A stretch of 63,089 nucleotides of DNA, from positions 11,031,528 to 11,094,616 of the forward strand of contig NC_068982.1 of NCBI RefSeq assembly GCF_001194135.2. The letters are read 5' to 3'. A program made the position numbers and the translations under genes. The stretch is from Octopus bimaculoides. Its lineage: Eukaryota. How positions within the stretch are numbered: the stretch's first letter is position 1; the number at the start of each line of letters is the position of its first letter. Of this stretch, positions 50,469 to 63,089 are shown piece by piece. Below the pieces are notes generated by a model that saw nothing but the letters and a program-made list of their open reading frames with translations, was not told the DNA's origin and made no database searches.

Positions 50469-53394
50469 CTAACAAATAACTCGTTGATTATACGATACCC
50501 TCTAGGGTGGAGAGCTGTCCCCTTCCGCATATATGTATTTATATTGGATTATAAATATTCTTACCGAAGAAATAATACTGCTTCATTGATATAATACCAG
50601 TAGTCTCTTATTAGAGACGATATCAATTCAATTAAACCAGTTCCATCTCAGTATATCGACATTTTGAATGCACCAGACAATAGATGAAATGAAAACATCG
50701 TGTATACTTTAATGAGTGGCTGAAATTCGTCTTTATGTTGTAAGATGGGGACATGTTAACTCGACGTTGTCCATCCTTCTCCAGGCTATTAATTACAGCA
50801 AGAAATTGTAGTTATGAGAATTGAAATGACTCAATTAAATTTGAATATATATTACAATGTCGACGTTGGCTTGCCGAGAGCTAGGTAATTCTATAGTTCT
50901 TTGGACAGTGAACACATCTAACCAAACAATATTATTAGGAATTTCAAACTAATACAGCCCATTAAATCGACAGTGAGACCCTAAGGGAAATCACAAAACG
51001 TTAATTTACCATAATGTGCTTGGTTTGACACTTTTAGTTAATTACTAATTCCTACAGTAAGTAAATATTTGCTTAAGCTGTAATTTTTCCCAAAGGGTGT
51101 ATGAATCAAGAGTCTATTTTGAAGTTTCAATAATCTAAAAGGTTAGTTCTTATTCAATCGTTGTTTATCTGACTGGGATAGGTAGTTAACATTTAAACAC
51201 ATATCTCGTCGTTACAGGATATATTTGGTTTATTTCCTCACTCGAGGTCGAATAATGAAATGGATTCATTGAATTCATGAGTTAGTAAATATTTAAACAC
51301 TTAATAGTTATTTTAGTGTCGCATCAAATGTTTGGACAAGCGTTTTGTCTTGCGATTCCTCCTATACACATAGACGCTCATAAAATAGAAATGGAAGCCG
51401 TAAATATCAATGGACTCATAAAACAATGTGCAAATTAACGACGAAAATAAATTCCATCTTACATTATGGCTGAGTGATAATTTCTTTGGTAGACTTAAAA
51501 TAAAGAAATAAAAATTGTACATTTATTGTATCACAAGCCTGAGACGTCATGACTAAAATATAAATCAGGTCTTCATAAAATAATGATTTCTAAACAAAAT
51601 GTGAGAATAAATGTAAAATAGATAATTCCAACTATATTTTAATGCTTAAGTTTGGCAACTTAACACAGTTTTGGTGTTAGAAATCTGACTTAAAAGTATT
51701 TATTTCTACTGAAGGCACAAGACCAGAAATTTTGAGAAGTAGGGAGGTTAATATATAACATCGACCCCAATACTCAGCAAGTACTTATTTTATTGCTAAC
51801 CGAAATTATGAAAGGTTGACCACGGCGGAATTTGAACTCAGTAAGTAAAGACAGAAGAATTGCGGCCAAGTGTTTTTGCCCATCTCACCACCTGAGTCAC
51901 TTAAACAGACATTGGTTTCAAATTTTAGCACAAGGCCAGCAATTTTAGTGTAGGGGGAAATCGATTACATCGACCCCAGTTCTCAACCAGTACTTATTTT
52001 ACCGACTCCGAAAGGATGAAAGCAAAGTCGACCTCGGCGGAATTTGAACTCAGAACGTAACGGCAGACGAAATACCGCTCAGCATTTCGCTCGGCGCATT
52101 AACTATTCTGTCAGCTCACCACCTTCACTTAAGAACATTTTTAAATTCAGAAATTTACAATTTTAATACAGGTTTGATAATAGTCAGTGCTGAACAAGAT
52201 ATTTTGTGGTATTTAGTTGTATCCCTTTCCTTTCTGGAATTGTCTTCGTGGATCACTTTAGGATTCATTCCCCTTTTATTGACAAAATTTAAGCGGCATT
52301 AAAAGGGTTTGATTCAATAGGCTCTCTCTAGTCCTACAATACTTAACGTGAGAAATCTTTATTTTCACTCTTCTATTTAATTTGTTTCAATGAAGTTCGA
52401 AGTAATTAGAAAATATTCTGCAATAATCGTATTAATAGATACAATATATTTCTATGGTGTTTAAGTTTTGATGTTTAAAACAAAGCATTTACCAAAAAAT
52501 AACCATTTTCTTTAGTATTTTAAATCATTTTACATAGGTGGCGTGGCTGTCTAATAAGAAGTTTGCTTCCCAACCACATTGCTCCAGGTTCATCATGGTA
52601 CCCTTGGGCAAGCGTAGTGTCTGCTACTACAGATTCGGGCTGACCAAAGTCTGGTGAGTGGATTTGATAGAAGGAAACTGAAAAAACCTGGAGTATTTGT
52701 GTGTGTGTGTGTGTGGTTCCCTGCCATCGTTTGACAACTGGTGTTGGTATGTTAGCGGTTCGGCAAAATTGAACGATAGAATAAGTATCACGTTTGAAAA
52801 TAATAACAAGAAGTACTGGAGTTGATTCCCTCGGCGATGCCCCGGCATGGCCGCAGTCTGATAACTCAAAAAAGCGAAAGATAAACGAAATATATAACTA
52901 NNNNNNNNNNNNNNNNNNNNNNNNNNNNNNNNNNNNNNNNNNNNNNNNNNNNNNNNNNNNNNNNNNNNNNNNNNNNNNNNNNNNNNNNNNNNNNNNNNNN
53001 NNNNNNNNNNNNNNNNNNNNNNNNNNNNNNNNNNNNNNNNNNNNNNNNNNNNNNNNNNNNNNNNNNNNNNNNNNNNNNNNNNNNNNNNNNNNNNNNNNNN
53101 NNNNNNNNNNNNNNNNNNNNNNNNNNNNNNNNNNNNNNNNNNNNNNNNNNNNNNNNNNNNNNNNNNNNNNNNNNNNNNNNNNNNNNNNNNNNNNNNNNNN
53201 NNNNNNNNNNNNNNNNNNNNNNNNNNNNNNNNNNNNNNNNNNNNNNNNNNNNNNNNNNNNNNNNNNNNNNNNNNNNNNNNNNNNNNNNNNNNNNNNNNNN
53301 NNNNNNNNNNNNNNNNNNNNNNNNNNNNNNNNNNNNNNNNNNNNNNNNNNNNNNNNNNNNNNNNNNNNNNNNNNNNNNNNNNNNNNNNNNNNNN

Positions 53395-53463
<69 letters not shown>

Positions 53464-53504
53464 CGTGCGTGTGTATGTATGTATGTATGTATGTATGTAT
53501 GTAT

Positions 53505-55421
53505 TTGGAGTCATATCCTCGAACACAGAAAGACCTTTTTCGATACATGCAAATGCTTGCTGCATTTTCTTAACGGCAAAGTGACGAGGCTCAGGTTCGA
53601 TTTCCTCCTCTTCTTTATTTTGCTGTTTGTGAAGCTCTATCAAATCCTCCTTCGTCTGGAGCTGCTTGTCTTTTTCAAATAAGTCCGTGAAATCCTCCTC
53701 CTCCAAATCCATTTCCAATTCTTTGCTCGTAGTCACCAGCGTTTTCTTGATGGCAACATTATCAAACCCCTTAAAACCATTCACCAATTGCGGGCATAGC
53801 TTCTTCCATACACCATTCATAGCCGTGCTCTGTACATCATTCCATGCCACTGCTATGTTCTGTACAGCCTTGTAGATATCGTATCTCTTCCAAAAGTCAC
53901 GAAGTGTGATGGACTCATCAAGATCAGTTGCAGCTATTGCTTATCCCAGCGTACGCTTCATATAGTAACGCTTGAAGATAGCAATTATTCCCTGATCCAT
54001 TGGCTGCAGGAGAGACGTAGTGTTGAGAGAGAAGTAATTGACAGTAACGTTGGAGTCAAAATCTACGATGTTTTGCGGGTGGCCAGGAGCCTTATCTAAG
54101 ATAAAACCCTTCTCCTTACAGTACTTCTCTGCTGCTGGAATAAAATGATTGAAGAACCAATCTTCAAAAACAACAGCAGTAACCCATGCTTTTGAATTAG
54201 CCATCCATATAGCATGGAGTGATGCCTTGGGTATGTTCTTCCGGGCACGGGGAGTTGTGTGCATGATACACAAGCAATGGCTTTAACTTAAAATCTCTTG
54301 CACAATTACCTTCCAACAAAATGGTCACACGTTCTTTTGGGACCTTGTAGCCTGGAATAGTTTTCTCCTCCTTGGAAATGAATGAACGATCTGGCAATTT
54401 TTTCCAATATAATCCAGTTTCGTCCAAGTTAAAAATCTGTTCGGAAAGAAACCCGTTTTCTTCGATGATTTTCTTTAATGCATTAGGAAATTCCGCTGCT
54501 GCTTGTTCGTCAGCTGATGTACTTTCACTTTGCTTCTTAATGAAGTGATAACTTCTTCGCTCCTTAAATCTGAACAACCCTTGACTTGCCTTGAACTCTA
54601 CATTTTTCTCATCTGGATATTGTTTTCTTCAGGTCCTCAAATAAAGACAGCACTTTCTCTTGAATGATTTCTTAACTAATAATAGCATGCTGACGATTCA
54701 ACCTAACAATCGAAAGAGAAAGAAGACGTTTCATTTCTTCAAAGATTTTTCCTCTTTTCTTATTGATAACAGTGTTCATCCCTGGGGCTCCAGATTTGAT
54801 ATGTGCTAAAATCTTGTCCTTATTATGTACAATCGTCGATAAAGTTGTCCGACTCATCCCAAAAGATCGTGCAATTGCTACCACTTTTTCACCTTTTTCG
54901 TGGCGTTTTATCAAAGTCAGTTTATCTTCCAGGGTGACGCTTAGCATTTTCGCTATGAATTCTCTTAGGATCCATGGAGGCAAAAAATAAAGTCATAAAT
55001 GAATGAAAATAAGAAAGTAGCCGATAAACAGACGTAAACAAATCTGAATTCAAAACAATCGCGGGAATCACGAGTGACAACGACGCCTAACGGTAGATAT
55101 TGGAACTACAGTGCAATATGAACTCTGAAAGACGATAAGACAACACGGCTGATTTCATGATTTCGTTTACTAAGCTACACAACTTTATGGTGTGTATCTT
55201 AACATTTACTGTACATATTTTAATATGATTTTACATGCTTTTATTCTCATTTATTGTACAGTAACATGATTTTATGTGCTTTCAACGGTTTTCTAGTGAT
55301 TTAACGATTCCAATATTTGTGGCGGACAGACGTAAATTCGAGTAAAATGACTCAACTTGATTTTTATTTTTCCATATATTATTTTTGAAAACCGACATAT
55401 AATCGAGAACGACTTAAGCCG

Positions 55422-55425
<4 letters not shown>
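53505..55425 (-). mobile_element. Tigger/pogo DNA transposon with disrupted transposase (CENP-B-type HTH + DDE_1)
   Basis: TLEDKLTLIKRHEKGEKVVAIAR; FKASQG; QIFNLDETGLYWK; KERVTILL; ILDKAPGHP; NTTSLLQPMDQGII; frameshifts and a stop; 5' TIR-like CCTCGGCTTAAGTCG near 55425; 3' end lost at microsatellite/gap. Confidence 0.93.
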
Positions 55426-55473
<48 letters not shown>

Positions 55474-57638
55474 TTTGATGAAAGTATATATATTTTTTTT
55501 ATGTGAGTTTGTCTTTGTCTGTGTGTGTGTGTGTGTGTGTGTGTGCGTGCGTGTGCGTCCTTCTTCACCGCTTGACAACCGGTGCTAGTGTGTTTATGTC
55601 CCTGTAACTAAACGGTTCGGCAAGAAGACTGATAAAATAAGTACCAGGCTTTGAAAAAAGTTTAAGTACTGGGATTGATTTGTTCGACAAAGAATTCTTC
55701 AAGGCAGTACACCAGCATGGCCGCAGTCTAATGACTGAAATAATTAAAAGACAGACAAAACATATACACCTTATTAAAACTAGTATAATATAAACCTCAG
55801 AACTATATTAAATAATGTTAATGCGCTCTCTTAAGTAGTCATGGTCACCAGAATGAGGTGAGATCATGGAATTTGTAGAAATTATATTCAATGTGTCTGC
55901 AGCTTGATTCAAGACGGTTATATTGGTGCGTTTCAATTGGATGATACTTAAAAGGGCTATAAGTGATTCTGATATCTGTTCACACTGATATATCTATAAG
56001 ATTCAGAGAAAATCTTGCGTCATTAGAAACTTATTACTCTCTTGTAAGTAAAAGCATAAAGAATAGTTTACTTCAGGCCTTTGAATGTCTTCCAAATAAT
56101 GAAATATCGGACAGTTAAGAATGTGTTTCGACTATTTTGAAGTTAATACTTGATTGGAACTTGCGGCCATATCACTCACTGTCTATCTCTCTATATTTCT
56201 CTGAATCTATCTGTCTAGGTTTCTGAGGTTTCTGTCTCTATCTGTGTAGCTCTCTCTATCTATTTTACTTTTTATCTTTATCTACCATGCACACATACTC
56301 ACTCACACATACCTATATGATTTCTGCATGTACATTTTCCATTCATTGGTGTTAGCGTAACTTCAACAATGTATCGACACGCATACATGCATGCAGGTAC
56401 ACACACATACATTTATACATGCATACAAATATACATATGCACGTATGTACATAGGTGCCTTCATACAAACATACATGGAAAGAGAAAGACTGACAGACCT
56501 ACCAACCTACATACATACATGCGTACGTACATACAGACATACATACGTGTATATCCACACACCCACTCATACATAATGTAATCACAAAATCACGTTGTTG
56601 AAACTTCCCAGAGCAATACATATTTCTATTTCAAAGGTAGAATTTCTGTAGATAATTCAATGAGAAGCAACATAAATTATGTATAGATTCTTGACAAATA
56701 TGAACTAACAAGAATTTCTTTGAAGTTTCGGGATAAATTTTGTTTTCTTGCAAGGGATAATTTGATAATTTCCTCTACTTGTTTATGTTTAAGACGTCTA
56801 AGTGCGATTCTTGAAATATTTAATTGCAACAGCTAAAAATAATTTTCGCTGATTTTAGTGGTAATCAATAAAAAAAAATGTGTGAATATATTGATTCTCT
56901 ATATAATTTATCACAAAAAAGCCCAGTAATAAAAGGGTTTTTTTTTCTTTTTTAAAGATATTTCAAAGAAATGTAGAAAAAGGTAGACGTTATGTATGAA
57001 GGCTTGAATATCGGATTAAACTCATTAAAAGATTCTACATAATCATATATTTTCAGAATAATTTAGCAACGAGCCTTTTGCGAAATTTAGTGGATTACGT
57101 AACCGAAATATTTTTAATCAAATTTCAAGAGTCTTAAACGTTAATAACTTTCCGAGAAACACTGTAGTAATACAATTTATGATACTGTAAAAGGGTGGAG
57201 ATTGTAAGAAGCGGTAGAATACCGGACTAAATGTTTTGCGTTCTTTAGTTAACGTCTCTTTACGTTCTCAGTTCAAAGCATGCCTGGATTGATTTTTACC
57301 TTTCATCCCTGCGGAGTCGATAAAATAATTATCAGTAATCGATTTAATTGGCTATACCTTTTAACTTAAAATTTGTGGCCATGTGCCAGCCTAAGTTAAA
57401 AATCAATATTTCAAAACATACATTGACAATAGGCTCTTTTGCCAGAATCTCTAATAATTAGCTGTATGTTTACTGTACTTGGACTGAAATAAGTATATTA
57501 GCGATAATCCTCTATAATCATCTTTACAGCCAATAATGGCAGTTATCATTAGAAAATGTTAAGAGATTTTGATTTCCATATCTGCTTCGAATGTAAATTA
57601 TACACAAGGCTTCTTTATCAATTTCTTTCTTTCCTCAG

Positions 57639-57722
57639 AGTGACATTTTATTTTATATCGGAATCAGTGAAGAATAGCGTCGACATTGACTACAGGTTCA
57701 AGTGGTTTGTTCCATTTCGATG
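57639..57722 (+). CDS. Candidate 84-nt internal exon (xVTFYFISESVKNSVDIDYRFKWFVPFRx)
   Basis: Strong acceptor TTTCTTTCTTTCCTCAG, donor ATG|GTGAGA, one open frame, phase 2-2. Confidence 0.3.
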
Positions 57723-57951
57723 GTGAGAGTGACGAGAAATTGTCAAAGCCGGGAGAACAAATATCACAAAGTGCATTCGAATTTTAAAATGTTGGACTAC
57801 CATGTAGAAAATCTTGTTAAAAAGTATCCATCATTATTCTGGATGTTATGAGGCAACAAAGTCGGGGGCATATACATCTGTAGTAATGCCCTTTTATTTA
57901 TACGATTTTTCATTTCATGTTTATTTCATTCTCTCGCCTCTCTCTCTCTCT

Positions 57952-57982
<31 letters not shown>

Positions 57983-58361
57983 TCACACACACACACACAC
58001 ACATACACCCACACACACTGCAAAGCTTACAGATGGGTTGCTGCTGAATTGTAATCTCTGTTGTTTTGAGGGGAAGGTTAAATTTGAGAAATTGCTTTTC
58101 CCACTGTTGTTGGACTACCATGACGTTTGTTTAAAAGAGAGAGATAATGACTGTGATAAAATAATGAAAGCAATATTTACTAAGCAAGTGAGCACTATTA
58201 TACAAAGAAATAATTAGACGTAAAATATAAAAATTATTACAACTGGGAATCAAATGTGAAAATATCAATCAAGGGACTAGAAGAAAACCGCCTGGAGGGC
58301 GCTCTTTCTGCTAGTATGTATGTATGTGTGTGCGTGCGTGCGTGTGTGTGTATGCGTGTAT

Positions 58362-58434
<73 letters not shown>

Positions 58435-59457
58435 ACTGGTGTTGGTTTATGTACGCTCCCGTAACTTAACGATTCCACAAAAGGGACACGTAGACTTAAA
58501 AAATAAGTACTAGGATCGATTTATTCGATTAAATCTCTGAAAGCGGTGCCCCAGCATGGCCACATTCCAGAGACAGAAACAAGTAAAAGATGAAACATTA
58601 ATTGCAAACTAAAGGACTATACTTCTTATCGAAGTAGATATAAACTGATTTGCGTGCGTCTGAAAGTTATCTTAATCAAGTCGTGATACCTATTAATCAC
58701 TGTTGTTTTTAGAATGTTAATATTTCAATGTGGCATATGTATTCCTGAAAAACGACTATTTTCATGTTCGTTAGCATTGCAAATTCTCTCTCAGAACGAT
58801 ATATACTTGCAAAGTAAAACAATAAGCAAGTTGACTAAAACGTATTATCTCGAGAAACATATATTTAGAAACTTCAAAAGTTCTTATTTATTGCCTTCTA
58901 TCTCGATGTATTTATACGAATAACATTTATAAATCTATGCTAATACGATAATGCTCAATCTCAACAATATTACATTCAATCATTATTCAAACCTATTGAT
59001 TTAGCGGTAATAACTTTCTCAACGAAGCCACTACATTAAACAATATAACTATATTTATCTTGTGTATCTACTTTAGGAAATATTGTTTGATTGTTTCCCA
59101 TCAAAATATTCATTAATATACAGTTGATAATTAGCCAACACAGAGCGGCATTCTATCTTCTCTATCTCGATTTATTCCGGTTAACAACAGCTGCAATATA
59201 TTTCATGTTCATAAATTTGTGATATTCATTTCCATACATCGTTTTTCTCATGTGTAAATATATGTGTTGTGTGTTATATGTATACTACAGATATGTGTGT
59301 GTGTATGTGCGTATGTGTGTGTGTGCATACGTATATAAACCTCTTTATACGTATATGCATATTAATACAAACTACAGATATTCTTTTATCATTACAAAAC
59401 TTTCTTGGCATAAATGCAATCGTCAAGTCATGCAACAACCATATTTGAAAACAACAT

Positions 59458-59508
<51 letters not shown>

Positions 59509-59739
59509 CACACACAAAGTATGGGGGTTTAGTTCGCAGGTGATCTAACCGATTAGGTACGCTAAGTAAGTGCTGTAACGGATTACTGGGGCTCCAAAGT
59601 TATAGCCGAAACAGTAGTTATGGAGCCATTGGAGATTTCCGATGCAGCGGATATATAATTGTTAAACAGGACGTCAAACATTAAGACAATACAAACATCT
59701 CAAGTCATATACAATATTAATATAGGAAGAAATTCAAAA

Positions 59740-59793
59740 TCTTACAGCTGTTTCTGGGATATCCCCGAGTATGGAACATTCCGTCATCAGAGA
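59740..59793 (-). ncRNA. Minimal type I hammerhead ribozyme motif, third family
   Basis: UCU-CUGAUGA-stem II (imperfect)-GAAA-CAGCUG-UA-AGA: intact core, palindromic stem III, GUA triplet, stem I UCU/AGA. Confidence 0.6.
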
Positions 59794-62700
59794 CAAATAA
59801 GGGGGGAAATATGGAAAATGAGAATGGTATATATTAACAATATGACAACATAGATGAAAGGAGTAAAAGAATAAAGAGACGGAAAGAGAGAAGAAAAAAG
59901 CCCATAAAAGTTCATAGTTCAATTTTTCGAAGTAATAGAAACCATATATATANNNNNNNNNNNNNNNNNNNNNNNNNNNNNNNNNNNNNNNNNNNNNNNN
60001 NNNNNNNNNNNNNNNNNNNNNNNNATATATATATATATAATATAGAATGGGACCAGAACACAAAACATCCAGACAGTTAGGTGATACAAGAAAGGGACAA
60101 AACATCCACATAGACGATACAAAGAAAACACGGGCAGGTCATTCGGAGTTTTCTCTGTTCAGTCGAGATCCAGATTATCCTTGCAATTTCGGCTGGTTAT
60201 TCTCGATATTGCTCCAATCTGGCCAGTCCCAAGGAAAAACTAAGCTAAGAGCATTAGATTCCTTGGAAGAAAGCAGCGAATGTATGCAAAAACAAGGACA
60301 GAAAAACGAACGTTACACAAATACAGTAGGAATAATAACGGGACAAAATAACAGATGTCTTGTGCGTATACATACATGATATGCATGATATATATCATGA
60401 ATACATAAATATAATTACATAGATATATGCACATATATAGTTTTAATTGTTTGTACTTTTTATTTTATATTTCGATACATGTCGGGTTTAAGAGCTCTTC
60501 TTCAAGAAATCTTCGGAGGTTTGGTTTTGTGTGCTCTGCAGTCTGTATATGTGTGCGCGTATACACGTAGGATTGCTACGAATGCGCATGGTAACATTTC
60601 CATAATAGCGAACCAGATGCTTGTAGTCCTGTTCCTCCTTCTTAAAATATGGTTTCGTCTTAACAATGATGGCTTCCCATTGTTTCGTTTCATGGCGTCA
60701 AGACTAACCTGGATATCTTGGATGTGACATTTCTGCAGATGTTTTTTTCTGCGGACGAAGCATCAGCATTCATATGTTCATTAACCCGGATGTGCACTTA
60801 TATGACGGTGCTTCCAATGTAGCCAGTACCGAGACGCCATATCGAGGAAAGCGGATGACGCTAAATAATATCTGAATGCATTCAACAAACAGTGTCCAAG
60901 TGCACTCAACAAAATGTCCGAATGCATTCACTGTAGACTCGGAATAGCACTTGTATGGGTCGCAGGTCCGAATTCAAGGTTCAGGGAAATACTAATCCGG
61001 ACGTAGTTGCTATCCAGCTGGTTACCAGTCAATATTGATGCTATAGCGTTCAACTATACGCCACTGTGGATCTGGGAGGCAAAGTTGCAAAACACCTATT
61101 AACGCTGGTCGAGCAAATCTATGGGCCTATCCGAAATTTTACTGAACCAGATAGCACATTTATGTTGAACTGATGGATCATCTTCAGAATGAAAGTCTGG
61201 ATGTGGGAAGGCCTTGTAGTTTGCTCCGTATTGTTCAAATTTGAGGTGTTATAGAGAATCTAGTTGGCGGAGAACAGAAAAAAACTCTCGTGACAAATGA
61301 ACTTGTAGCGCTAATTCAACAGGAGCCCTAAAACCTAGGACACTATATCCAAACAAAGGTGGTCACTTGTTCTCATCAGGCGCTGTCAAACAGAATATTA
61401 TCTATTTTCTTTACACTACGGATAGAAATGCTTGGGTTCGGTGAGGTATTACCTCTGATTGTAGTAAGGGACTCTAGGAATGTACACGAGAGCTTCAACA
61501 TGGTAAATCACTCATTCAAGAAGAAAAAAATAACCTAGCAGAGCTTGGATTCGACCCGTCAGCAGACAGAATGATCGGTCTACCAAGCATACGAACTCCT
61601 TGAGGATGAGGAAGAGGAGTAACTTGCACGAAAGCATTTATAAGATAACGAAAAATATACGTTATATTTATACGCTAACTATATTTATATGCTAACTATA
61701 TCTAAGTGCGTTTCTCTTCTGTGAAAAGAATCTAAATATGCAAACTGCTGCAGCTGCGCAGATGGTATGTGACAAGAAGCTGCAGATGATAGATAGTCAG
61801 CAGAGCTAATTAACACAAAACCCTCCCATTAAACATCCATAATTAATAACATTCACCATCGTTAATACAATCAAATACACAGATATTTCTAAATTATGAG
61901 GCCGGGCGAAATGCTTAGCAGTATTTCGTCTGTCTTTACGTTCTGAGTTCAAATTCCGCCGAGGTCGACTTTGCAGTTCATCCTTTCGGGGTCCAAAAAA
62001 TTAAGTACCAGTTGCGTACAGGGATAGATCTAATCGACTAGCCCCACGTCTCCAAAAAATTTGGGTCTTGTACCTAGAGTAGAAAAGAAAAGAATATTTT
62101 CTTGTTTTAAAACACACGCCGGCTAAACTGCATAGTGACATTTCATCCGTCATTGCGTTCGTCCGTTTTTACCTTCCATCGAAGTCGACTTTGCTTTCAT
62201 TCTTCCGGGGTAAATAACACAAGTACCAGTTAAGCGTTGGATCCGAAGTAATCAATTTGTTCCCCACCCTCGAAATTCCTGACCTTGTGCCAAAATTTGC
62301 AACCAATATTTTCTTATTCTTAACCCTATTTAATTTTATATTTCTAGCAACATAAGAACTCGTTTATACATGTGTTTTATTTTCTAATCCATTACTAAAT
62401 ATAGACTTGAACATTTCACTATAAGTCTTTCTCTTGATGTTTTTTATTGTTTTGTCTTGTTCGTTTTCGTTTTACTTCCTTGCATTTTACATCCCGTGGA
62501 TTTTTAAATCTTCCCCATCTTGAACCATAAATGCCACGCATTATCATAACAACTTGCTCATTCATATTAATTTTTATGCGACCGTTTCTGTATCAGATGC
62601 TTCGTGAATGAACTTAGCAAATTAGATTCATCATTGAATGTAAGGTTCCCGGGCTAATTACGAATAATGCAATTTACTCTAATTGTAAACTTTCTGACTG

Positions 62701-63089
62701 CAGGCGGAATATGTCGTACACCCGGTCCATATTGTAATATGATATTTTCAGAAATTACTCTTCATCCTAATTTTAACTTATTTTATTCTATTTTATTTAC
62801 TTTAGTTTTATTTTATTTTATTAATGCGATCGATTAAAACACAGGGTGAGAATTTGAGCATCTTCTTCAGTAGTCAACTCTCGATGATTAAGTTCGAATT
62901 GTCTGGACTTTAAATCTTAAATTCCTCTACTAATATGCGACGCATATTCCTGAAGAAACACTGCACCAGTTTTAAATCCGCAGGTTTTATAACTTATTAA
63001 GCAAGATTATTGAACAAAACGTCCCTAGGCTAACTTACTTAATAAAACGCGGCCTAAATGCTGATCTAGATAATTCTGTACAACTCAAA

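Noticed and set aside
59590-59630. GGCTCCA...GAAAC...TGGAGCC hairpin as a hammerhead
   Set aside because: No CUGANGA upstream
60650-61300. Possible decayed RTE RT on the minus strand (GVLQ, QLDSNYVR, KQWEAII)
   Set aside because: Motifs too short and scattered to call without an alignment
61340-61385. Minus-strand CTGATGAG motif
   Set aside because: No GAAA after the putative stem II

Overview
AT-rich, repeat-saturated metazoan genomic DNA with 7 N-gaps. The SINE families and the (TA)n/(TG)n/(TATG)n/(AGAT)n/(AAT)n load suggest an Octopus genome (inference from recalled repeat families, not verified). I recognise no intact host gene. Nearly all long ORFs in the track are microsatellite or N-gap artefacts, and the recognisable protein-like sequence is transposon-derived: Tx1/L1 zf-RVT end, RTE RT, two CR1/Zenon-like remnants, another LINE 3' end, Penelope RT, Hero/R2-type RLE, mariner, DUF4817-type ITm and a near full-length Tigger/pogo transposase pseudogene. 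There are over 30 tRNA-derived SINE copies in about 4 families, a hAT MITE and two Helitron/Helentron-like non-autonomous elements. The main signal outside the ORF track is a set of minimal type I hammerhead-ribozyme motifs from up to four Penelope-like repeat families. One is fused to a tRNA-derived Pol III head inside a long inverted repeat (2905-3310), a candidate Penelope-dependent, self-cleaving SINE/retrozyme. Also notable: a 275-bp near-perfect foldback, a TSD-flanked U2 snRNA 5' fragment, ~58-bp CCAAT/AP-1 monomer arrays, an (AAT)n-embedded 550-bp element, module-swapped SINEs, a promoter-like island and a few weak candidate exons. SINE boundaries are approximate (about 20 bp); all alignments and folds were done by eye.
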